From the NCBI GenBank assembly GCA_964620905.1, contig CAZUKA010000001.1:222524-286523 (forward strand): 64,000 nt of DNA. Direction: 5' to 3'. The translations under genes were made by a program, and so were the position numbers. Positions 57,231 through 64,000 of the stretch are shown piece by piece; position 1 is the first letter of the stretch, and each line of letters starts with the position of its first letter. The notes under the pieces are model-generated. The model did not search any database and was not told the origin of the DNA. It was given only the letters and a program-made list of their open reading frames with translations. The DNA comes from an uncultured Gammaproteobacteria bacterium (GTDB taxonomy: Bacteria; Patescibacteriota; Patescibacteriia; S139-126).

Positions 57231-58420
57231 CTAATTACTAAAGGTTTAATACCTGGCAAATTTTCACTCTCAAGAAATTTAATCATCGCTCCACCGCCAG
57301 TTGAAACATAATCAAAATTTTCAAAAATATTCATATCTTGCAATAACCAAACCGTTTCTCCCCCACCAACCACGCTAAAACATTTACTTTTTGATCGCGC
57401 GGCAATTAATTCGGCTAAAGCGCGGCTGGCATGACTGGCGGTTCTATTTTCCACTATTCCCAATGTGCCATTCCAGACTATTGTTTTAGCTTGTTTGATA
57501 ACTGCTGACCATTGCCTTACTGTATTAGTTCCAATATCAATAATTTTTTCTCCTGCTAGTACAGCTGAAACATCTTTTTGCCAAGTCTCCAATTTTTTTG
57601 TTCTGACATTGTCAACGGTTACATCAACTGGAACCAATAATTTCTTGTGGTAACGTTTTAAAATTTTTCGACAAACCGGTAAATAATCCTTTTCCACAAT
57701 TGATTTGCCTATTTGGTTGCCTTGGGCTAACAAAAAATTATTTGCTAATCCCCCACCCAGCAACACCCAATCGGAAATTTTTAAAAATTTTTCCACCAAT
57801 TCAATTTTAGTACTGATTTTAGATCCACCTAAAATAGTCAAAAGCGGCCGCTGAGGTTTGGTCATAAGTTTCTCCAGGGCTTTAACTTCTGCCGCCAACA
57901 ACCAACCGGCATAAGCAGGTAAAAATTTTGTAATACCAACCATTGAGGCGGTTTCGCGGTGGCTGGAAGCAAAAGCATCATTAACATATATATCAGCCAA
58001 CGAGGCTAAATATTTGGCAAATGTTTTATCATTTCTATCTTCTCCCGGAAAAAAACGTAAATTTTCCAATACTACTATTTGGCTGTTTTTTAAATTGTTG
58101 ATTTTTTTTTCTAATTTTCTAAAATCTTTTTCATACCATAATGGCAAAGGCCGTCCAAGTAAAGAAATTAGACGTTTGACTACCGGTTGCAAAGACAAAT
58201 TTTTAACATATTTCCCCTGGGGTCTACCTAAATGAGAAAGTAAAATAATAATTGCTCCCTGGTCAGATAAATATTTAATAGTTGGTAAAATCCTCTGCAA
58301 TTTAAAATCCTCTTTACAATCTACTAAATTGTCAGAACCAATTTTGACATTCATGTCGACCCGGAGTAATACTTTTTTTCCTTTCCAGGTTTTATTTTTA
58401 TCAATGGTTTTCAGGTGCAT
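57227..58420 (-). CDS. pgk: Phosphoglycerate kinase
   Basis: KKVLLRVDMNV N-terminal motif, C-terminal GGGA nucleotide-binding motif (STGGGAMIKFLE). Confidence 0.85.
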   Translation of the reverse strand: MHLKTIDKNKTWKGKKVLLRVDMNVKIGSDNLVDCKEDFKLQRILPTIKYLSDQGAIIILLSHLGRPQGKYVKNLSLQPVVKRLISLLGRPLPLWYEKDFRKLEKKINNLKNSQIVVLENLRFFPGEDRNDKTFAKYLASLADIYVNDAFASSHRETASMVGITKFLPAYAGWLLAAEVKALEKLMTKPQRPLLTILGGSKISTKIELVEKFLKISDWVLLGGGLANNFLLAQGNQIGKSIVEKDYLPVCRKILKRYHKKLLVPVDVTVDNVRTKKLETWQKDVSAVLAGEKIIDIGTNTVRQWSAVIKQAKTIVWNGTLGIVENRTASHASRALAELIAARSKSKCFSVVGGGETVWLLQDMNIFENFDYVSTGGGAMIKFLESENLPGIKPLVIR

Positions 58421-58466
58421 AAACTTATCTGCATTTTAACATATTTATTTGATTTTTTCTATATTT

Positions 58467-58985
58467 TTAAAAATGATAAATAAAAATTGGCAAATGGTTA
58501 TTATCCGGTTTATCAATTTGTGTTGGTTGGAGATCGTGAAATTTAAACGCTTGAGATATAAGAATTGTCCCAGGAACAACTTCCTGCCTGATTTTAGTGG
58601 CTAAACGATTTTTTATGCTACGCGGATAACCATAAACAAAAATTACATCAAAATCATGCAAATTTAGCTTAAATAGATCCTGATAATACAATTTAATATT
58701 TGTTAAACCGGTCAGTTTTATTCGGCACCAAGCAAAAATAAACAAAGGTAGAGCAATTTCTACACCAATAAATTGACCAGTTGGATTTTTTCTAGCCAGA
58801 TAAATTAATAAGCCAGCTGTGCCACAACCTAAATCAATAAATTTCTTGTTTTGAATATTAATCAAGCCATTGATCCGTTGATAATCTTTGGTGCTGGTTG
58901 GCACCCAAGGCGCCAATGAAGTCGCTCCCCGTACAAATCCGTAAACTACAGCTATTAATATCAATAAATATATTATTTCCCACAT
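58467..58985 (-). CDS. Class I SAM-dependent methyltransferase
   Basis: Motif I FIDLGCGTAGLLIYLAR. About 170-aa Rossmann-fold MTase. Substrate unknown. Confidence 0.55.
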   Translation of the reverse strand: MWEIIYLLILIAVVYGFVRGATSLAPWVPTSTKDYQRINGLINIQNKKFIDLGCGTAGLLIYLARKNPTGQFIGVEIALPLFIFAWCRIKLTGLTNIKLYYQDLFKLNLHDFDVIFVYGYPRSIKNRLATKIRQEVVPGTILISQAFKFHDLQPTQIDKPDNNHLPIFIYHF

Positions 58986-59026
58986 ATAACTTTATTAATC
59001 ATATCCTGATTTAACAAATAAAAAAA

Positions 59027-59043
59027 GGGCACGGATTGTGCCC
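59027..59043 (-). terminator. Rho-independent terminator after the 59050..59397 gene
   Basis: gggcac-ggatt-gtgccc, followed on the minus strand by TTTTTTTATTTG. Confidence 0.5.
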
Positions 59044-59049
59044 TAATAT

Positions 59050-59397
59050 TTACTTCAACCAGGGGTTTTTATTGATCGTAATAGTAAAATATTTTTCATG
59101 GTTTATCCTTTCAAGGTAAATTTCTTCTTCATTATAATTGTTCACAAAATAATTTTTTTGTGTCAAAGCTAATTTTATTAGATAAACCATGTGTGCCAAT
59201 GAGAAAATTTTCTCCAATCTGGCTAAATCATACTTATTTTGATCTCCTTTTGCTATTCCGGGAAGAAGAACTTGTTCGTGGGGATAATAAAAAAGGCAGC
59301 CATAACCTTTATTTTCTATTTCTTTTAAAAAATCTTCAATAAATTTTTTGAAGTGTTCAGGTAAAACTACTAGGTCATAATATTTGGAGTTTAGCAT
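59050..59397 (-). CDS. Hypothetical protein (115 aa)
   Basis: ORF with flanking terminator. No recognisable motif. Confidence 0.35.
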   Translation of the reverse strand: MLNSKYYDLVVLPEHFKKFIEDFLKEIENKGYGCLFYYPHEQVLLPGIAKGDQNKYDLARLEKIFSLAHMVYLIKLALTQKNYFVNNYNEEEIYLERINHEKYFTITINKNPWLK

Positions 59398-59486
59398 TGC
59401 TATTCCTCATTTTTATTTATGAATTGTTAATTAAATAATAAAAAATTATAGCATAATTGTATTTTTTGTCAATCCTCAAAAAATAA

Positions 59487-59506
59487 CCCCGGTTTATAAC
59501 CGGGGG
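59487..59506 (-). terminator. Rho-independent terminator after the acidic-peptide ORF (end of the 64.0..59.5 kb operon)
   Basis: ccccggtt-tata-aaccgggg. On the minus strand the stem is followed by TTATTTTTTGAGG. Confidence 0.55.
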
Positions 59507-59512
59507 TATATT

Positions 59513-59629
59513 TTACATATCTTCATCCTCATCGTCTATATCCTCATCCATATCTTCCTCATCCATATCTTCCTCATCAGTACCTTCTTCTTCCATATCA
59601 TCACCTGTCAAAAAATCTTCATTTGACAT
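59513..59629 (-). CDS. Candidate 37-aa hyper-acidic peptide
   Basis: Manual minus-strand translation gives MSNEDFLTGDDMEEEGTDEEDMDEEDMDEDIDDEDEDM*. No clear Shine-Dalgarno. Sits 85 bp after the histidine-kinase stop, same strand, with a terminator immediately 3'. Confidence 0.35.
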   Translation of the reverse strand: MSNEDFLTGDDMEEEGTDEEDMDEEDMDEDIDDEDEDM

Positions 59630-59720
59630 ATTGGTTATTTAATTATTAAAAAGGAACAAATATTGTAAACATTATAACAAAAAAAACAAACTTTCCGAAC
59701 AAAAGATATCCACAGAAAAT

Positions 59721-61340
59721 CTACTCTAAAGGTAAAGTAAATTTAAAAGTTGTACCTTTATTTTCGCCCTCGCTCTCGGCCCAAATATTACCACCGTGTC
59801 CTTCAATAATTTTTTTGGCAATATAAAGCCCTAACCCCACACCGGATGTATCAACGCGGTTAATATCTTTGCCCCGACGAAATTTTTGAAACAGTTGATC
59901 AAGTTCATCATAAGAAATTCCTTTACCGTTGTCTTGAACTTTAACTAAAATATATTTATCCATATTTTTTACCGAAACACTGACCCAACCGCCAATTGGT
60001 GTATATTTAATTGCATTATCCACTAAATTCATGATGACATCGGTCATTTTATCACTATCAAATTGGAATAAAGGTATGTCGTTTTCTTTAAATTCAACCT
60101 TAATATGTTTAGTAGCAGCTTCAATGGCTAGGGATTTAACAATATCCCTGACCAGCTGATTTATATCAGTTAAACTCTTATTTATTTTTAGACGACCTGA
60201 TTCAATCCGAGAAATATTTAGAAAAATATTTATTAATCGAATTAGCCGTTCAGAATTGCGTAACAACACCCCAACTATGTCGGCTTGTTTTTTGGATAAT
60301 TTTCCAAAATCACCCTCTTGTAACATTGATAAATAACCCTTAATAGCTGACAAGGGGGTACGTAATTGGTGAGAAGTAATTGATAAAAATTCGGTCTTAG
60401 CTTCATCTAATTGTTTAAGACGTTCATTGGCTGCTTGTAAATCGGCGGTCAATTTTTCCAATTTTTCTCGTTGTTCAACTTCTTTTCTCACACTTTTGAT
60501 CAGAAAAAAACCAACAAACAATAAGGCATTAAAAATAATTAAACGTAAAACTATGACATTAATATTGTTGGTAAAGAAAACTTCGGCTAATGAACTAAAT
60601 GCAAGGACGAAAACCAATATTTCAGTAGCAACAACTTTAATATTTAATAAATGATGTTTTAAAATTGCATAAGCAGTGAAAACAATAAAAGGAAAAAAGA
60701 ATACCGCGCCTAAGGCAGTATAAGTAGGATTATTCAAAAAAGCCGGAAAAATAAAATTAAAAATAATTATCAAACTAAAAGTTAATACCGTTCCGGTCAG
60801 AATTAAACGCAATGGTAAAATTTCTTTGGTTTTCAATTTTTTAATTTTTTTTATCAAAATATAAATCGCACTAGCTACCAAGCCAATATTCAACAGCCCA
60901 AAAAAAATAATACCCGGTCCATTGGTTACCGAAGTTGCTCCACCAGTTATTAGCACTCCGTTGATTTCTTTGAGTATAAAAGGTGTTAAAGTTAGAACTG
61001 AAACTAAGCTAACAACGGGAAATAACAAAAATTTATAATATTTTGAAAAATCAATCCGATAATTTGGATAAACGTAAAAAAATTGAAAGATAAAAAAAGC
61101 TTGCCAAACAGCAAAAAATAGCACCAGACGAAGTAGCCATAAAATAATTTGAGGATTAATAATACTGTAACTTAAATAATTTACTCCACCCCAAACTACA
61201 GTAACTAAAACAAATAAAGCAAAGGAAATATTGGTAATACTACGAATATTTCTAATATATACAATTATCCCCAAAATTACTGAGATTACTGTGACCAAGC
61301 CAACCGTAAACAAGTTTAAATTAAAAACAATACTATCCAT
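59721..61340 (-). CDS. Sensor histidine kinase with polytopic N-terminal membrane domain
   Basis: About 7 TM helices in the first ~290 aa, then coiled coil, HisKA (ITSHQLRTPLSAIKGY) and HATPase_c (N, G1 DNGKGI, G2 GVGLGLYIAKKI boxes). No response regulator gene is adjacent. Confidence 0.75.
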   Translation of the reverse strand: MDSIVFNLNLFTVGLVTVISVILGIIVYIRNIRSITNISFALFVLVTVVWGGVNYLSYSIINPQIILWLLRLVLFFAVWQAFFIFQFFYVYPNYRIDFSKYYKFLLFPVVSLVSVLTLTPFILKEINGVLITGGATSVTNGPGIIFFGLLNIGLVASAIYILIKKIKKLKTKEILPLRLILTGTVLTFSLIIIFNFIFPAFLNNPTYTALGAVFFFPFIVFTAYAILKHHLLNIKVVATEILVFVLAFSSLAEVFFTNNINVIVLRLIIFNALLFVGFFLIKSVRKEVEQREKLEKLTADLQAANERLKQLDEAKTEFLSITSHQLRTPLSAIKGYLSMLQEGDFGKLSKKQADIVGVLLRNSERLIRLINIFLNISRIESGRLKINKSLTDINQLVRDIVKSLAIEAATKHIKVEFKENDIPLFQFDSDKMTDVIMNLVDNAIKYTPIGGWVSVSVKNMDKYILVKVQDNGKGISYDELDQLFQKFRRGKDINRVDTSGVGLGLYIAKKIIEGHGGNIWAESEGENKGTTFKFTLPLE

Positions 61341-61341
61341 A

Positions 61342-62424
61342 TTAATTTATAAATTCAATATTTGGTACACATTTCAAAGCTAAGGCTCTAACTCGAGGTG
61401 CTAAACCAAGACGAAATGACATAGCAATAAGACCATCTTGAACATTAAATGAGTCGCTTAAAATTTTATAGTTAGTAATAATATTTTTGGTTTGTTCAGA
61501 ATTAAAGGCATTTCCCCCACCAGCCACTATTCGCAAACGAGCAAAACTAAGAGCGCTAACTGGGTGAAAAGCCAGACCGAGACCGTTGGCCTGTAACCAA
61601 ACTCTTTCCATAATTCTACCTGCCGTAACAAAATTTTCTTGGGTATCCTCAGGAATAATAATTGCTCCAACTGCTGCGCCAGTTGAATATAATTTTGCAT
61701 CTTCCTTAGCAACCATTTTAGCTAAACCTAATTTATTTAACCACACTGCTCTTGACCAATTACTGGCCAAAAAAAAGACAAATTTTTGTATGGGATTAAA
61801 TTCCATTGTACCAATATAAAACCCTTTTTTTAATTTAGCAAATTCTGCCGACGACCAAATTATATCTTTAAACAATAAAGCATGTAAATCTGGATGTTTT
61901 AAAATAATTTCTTCAATTGAACTCATGGCCCTGCCGACTATTTTTTTCTGCTCTAACTTTTCAAGCAAAACCAATTTTATTTTATTAGTTGGATCAATTT
62001 TAGATGAAGTTGAAGTTAAAGCTATTTTTTGTTCTGAAGTCAACAAATCATTTCTATACTTTCGTCGGTTTGTATGTCGTTGAGATAAATATGGCAACAA
62101 CGGATCAGGTAAAATATCACCGATATCTAGTGTTACTATGGCTACTAAATCGACTTGTTGTAAATCAGGAAATAAAACAATTTTAACATAAAACTTATGT
62201 TGAGAAGCTGCAATACAAATATTTTCAAGTAAAGCACCGTGGCCAATATAAGAGCCTCTTTGGTTGATGTTTAAAATCGGATTGTCTGACTTAGGTAAAT
62301 TGTAAATAAAAATTTGATTGTTTTTCACCTCAAACCGCCAAGGTTGAGAATTATCACCCGAAGGCGCATTTACTGCGGACGATAAAATTTTTTGTATAAT
62401 TTCTTTCATATTTTTATAAACCAA
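61342..62424 (-). CDS. Nitroreductase-superfamily protein with tandem (degenerate + canonical) lobes, SagB/ThcOx-like layout
   Basis: VNAPSGDNSQPWRFEV (APS-x2-N-x-QPW nitroreductase motif) at aa ~20-35. A second-lobe FMN motif LSQRHTNRRKY sits at aa ~108. 360 aa total. Confidence 0.5.
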   Translation of the reverse strand: MVYKNMKEIIQKILSSAVNAPSGDNSQPWRFEVKNNQIFIYNLPKSDNPILNINQRGSYIGHGALLENICIAASQHKFYVKIVLFPDLQQVDLVAIVTLDIGDILPDPLLPYLSQRHTNRRKYRNDLLTSEQKIALTSTSSKIDPTNKIKLVLLEKLEQKKIVGRAMSSIEEIILKHPDLHALLFKDIIWSSAEFAKLKKGFYIGTMEFNPIQKFVFFLASNWSRAVWLNKLGLAKMVAKEDAKLYSTGAAVGAIIIPEDTQENFVTAGRIMERVWLQANGLGLAFHPVSALSFARLRIVAGGGNAFNSEQTKNIITNYKILSDSFNVQDGLIAMSFRLGLAPRVRALALKCVPNIEFIN

Positions 62425-63508
62425 TAATATTTAAAAAATTATCCAATTCTTTTTTTCTGTATCTGATTTTGTTTGGCTGGTGAAAGGTTGGATCAAAAAT
62501 TTCATCAAAATTAATCTCATATTGGCCTGATTTTAAGGGTTGGTGGTTTGCCAACCTTCTAACTAAATAAGCAATCGACACACCCGATAACATCGCTGCA
62601 TCACCCAATTGTGGCCAAGAATAAATTGTTTTTCCAACCCGCAATAACGACCGCTGCATTCGTGGTGCAACTTTATCTTGACCAGCTATTTTTGTAGACA
62701 AACGCGGCAGCTCACTGGGCTTTATTTTTTTAAAATCACTGAGGGTGAAATTACCAATCCGACCATTAAATATTTTTAAATTTCTATTTTGATCATATCT
62801 TTCTACATCAACCAAAATATTATCAGCATTGTCAGTTGCCATAATCACCGGTATTCCCAGTTTACGCGCTGCCAATCTAATTTTAATTTTCATCTCCAAA
62901 TTATCCATTTCTTCAATTAGGACATCCAATTTGGGCGGACCGGCTAAAAAATTATACAAATTCTTATCTGTTATCCCCTGAGAAAAAATTTTAATATTGG
63001 CATAGGGATTTATTTGATAAATTTGTTGACTAGCTAAAGTACATTTACTCTTCCCGATATCAAATAAGGTATATCTGACACGATTCAAATTGGATGGTGA
63101 TAAAATATCCAAATCAGCCAATTTCATAAATTTACTACCCCCCATCACGGCTATGGAAATAGCAGCATGACTACCAACACTTAAACCAGCTACTCCAACC
63201 TTGCAATCATAAAATTTTTTTTGTTCTACTTGGGTTATAATTTCTCTGTTTCTCCCAGTTCTGACAGTCAAAAAATCTTTTTCTGGCAAAACGTGTACAT
63301 ATTTATCTAACCATGGAAAATAGAGCCAATTACCTTTTCTTGCTCGACGAATAAATTCAGCCAATGGCTGATGATAATTTTTATTAAATCGACACTGCGG
63401 ATTTTGCAATAAAAATAAATCAACTAATTGGTCATAATAAGTGTCAACCAATTTAGACTGACTTATAGATTTAATATTTTTTACAATTATTGGTTTTTCT
63501 TTATCCAT
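62414..63508 (-). CDS. E1-like (ThiF/MoeB/MccB-type) adenylyltransferase with ~100-aa N-terminal extension
   Basis: TGRNREIITQVEQKKFYDCKVGVAGLSVGSHAA (Rossmann GxGxxG) ... KLADLDILSPSNLNRV (Mg/ATP Asp and Arg finger). The N-terminal ~100 aa has no E1 homology, i.e. MccB/PaaA-like peptide-clamp/RRE position. Confidence 0.6.
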   Translation of the reverse strand: MDKEKPIIVKNIKSISQSKLVDTYYDQLVDLFLLQNPQCRFNKNYHQPLAEFIRRARKGNWLYFPWLDKYVHVLPEKDFLTVRTGRNREIITQVEQKKFYDCKVGVAGLSVGSHAAISIAVMGGSKFMKLADLDILSPSNLNRVRYTLFDIGKSKCTLASQQIYQINPYANIKIFSQGITDKNLYNFLAGPPKLDVLIEEMDNLEMKIKIRLAARKLGIPVIMATDNADNILVDVERYDQNRNLKIFNGRIGNFTLSDFKKIKPSELPRLSTKIAGQDKVAPRMQRSLLRVGKTIYSWPQLGDAAMLSGVSIAYLVRRLANHQPLKSGQYEINFDEIFDPTFHQPNKIRYRKKELDNFLNIIGL

Positions 63509-64000
63509 TTTTGTTTTGTACCTGGTTTAAAATATTTTTCGTGTTCATACGGCCAAAAAATTATTTTGGGAATTGTTCGGTTAGGATATTCTTCAGCTGT
63601 CCGTCGATACGATGAGTTATCAATTTTTAGTTGTTCAACTACTACATGCTTAATCCTACTGACTAATTTACTACTGCTTTTAACCTGGGGTAATAATTCA
63701 ATATTTAGTTCTAAATATTGATCAACATTTTTATCATACCTAATCATCATGGTGAATTTTCCCGTGATACTTTTCAACAAATCTTTTTGCCACAGCGCTT
63801 TTCTAATTGTTTCCGGATAGATCTGAAAGCCAAAAAAGCTTACTGAAAAATCTTGCCGTTCAAACACATAAACAAATGGTAAATTCCATAAGGTATCACC
63901 TAAATGATATTTTTTTATATAACTATTCAAATTTATCCCCTGTTCAGTCAATTTTTTATCAGCAGTTGCTAATGTAAAAACACCACCGTAGTCATGTAAA
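63487..64000 (-). CDS. Hypothetical protein, 3' part only (gene continues beyond window end)
   Basis: The minus-strand frame stays open to position 64000 (... LHDYGGVFTLATADKK-LTEQGINLN ...). The track's TTG start at 63951 is probably internal. 22-bp overlap with the E1-like gene implies the same operon. Confidence 0.4.
   Translation of the reverse strand, partial: LHDYGGVFTLATADKKLTEQGINLNSYIKKYHLGDTLWNLPFVYVFERQDFSVSFFGFQIYPETIRKALWQKDLLKSITGKFTMMIRYDKNVDQYLELNIELLPQVKSSSKLVSRIKHVVVEQLKIDNSSYRRTAEEYPNRTIPKIIFWPYEHEKYFKPGTKQKWIKKNQ

Noticed and set aside
59519-59600. Periodic tcctcatc/ccatatcttcctcatc nucleotide repeats, considered as a possible CRISPR-like array or tandem repeat
   Set aside because: The repeats are imperfect, contiguous with no spacers, and correspond exactly to the codon periodicity of the acidic peptide ORF on the minus strand. 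There is no CRISPR architecture.
63949-63951. TTG 'start' given by the ORF track for the last minus-strand gene
   Set aside because: The reading frame remains open upstream through the window edge (... LHDYGGVFTLATADKK | LTEQG ...), so the TTG is most likely an internal Leu codon of a longer protein.
1-64000. Search for rRNA genes, CRISPR repeats, integrases, transposases or phage genes
   Set aside because: Visual inspection found none. The only stable RNA found is tRNA-Glu at 35801-35875.

Overview
This 64 kb window is AT-rich and tightly packed, mostly minus-strand genes with frequent 4-bp start/stop overlaps. The gene content points to a small-genome Patescibacteria/CPR-type bacterium (inference from content; no database search was possible). 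Housekeeping blocks I can support are listed below.

- **frr–rseP**, a BNR-repeat lipoprotein, holB, and a ~10 kb glycan cluster (4 GT2, 2 GT4, a Wzy-like polymerase/ligase and a Wzx-like flippase) with mreB embedded.
- **A complete alpha ribosomal operon** (infA-rpmJ-rpsM-rpsK-rpsD-rpoA-rplQ) followed by rplM-rpsI. Its rpoA lacks the C-terminal domain.
- **alaS (short), mnmA, uppP.**
- **An archaeal-type nucleotide-salvage operon**: e2b2 (ribose-1,5-bisphosphate isomerase), a HAD-like gene, form II/III RuBisCO, and AMP phosphorylase.
- **PGI/PMI, two tandem DsbA-like oxidoreductases, tRNA-Glu, a MazG-like gene.**
- **The dcw 5' end** (mraZ-rsmH-ftsL-ftsI-murF) with a clear sigma70 promoter and GTGG direct repeats.
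- **rplJ-rplL.**
- **A glycolytic operon** pgk-[pseudopilin]-eno-gpmI-gpmI.

Three regions are the best candidates for something undescribed.

1. **59.5–64.0 kb (minus):** a four-gene operon with an unknown protein truncated by the window edge, an MccB/PaaA-like E1 (ThiF-type adenylyltransferase with a ~100-aa N-terminal extension), a tandem nitroreductase/SagB-like protein, and an orphan multi-TM histidine kinase. An 85-bp gap downstream is followed by a 37-aa hyper-acidic peptide ORF with its own terminator. Together these suggest a peptide-modification or ubiquitin-like activation module.
2. **27.7–32.1 kb (minus):** a promoter-driven operon of a sigma-70 region-4 + HARE-HTH protein, a 510-aa single-pass membrane protein, and a TraG/VirD4/HerA-like P-loop ATPase that has a C-terminal zinc ribbon and no TM segments of its own.
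3. **The HAD-like gene** translationally coupled inside the RuBisCO AMP-salvage operon.

I found no CRISPR array, rRNA, integrase or transposase.
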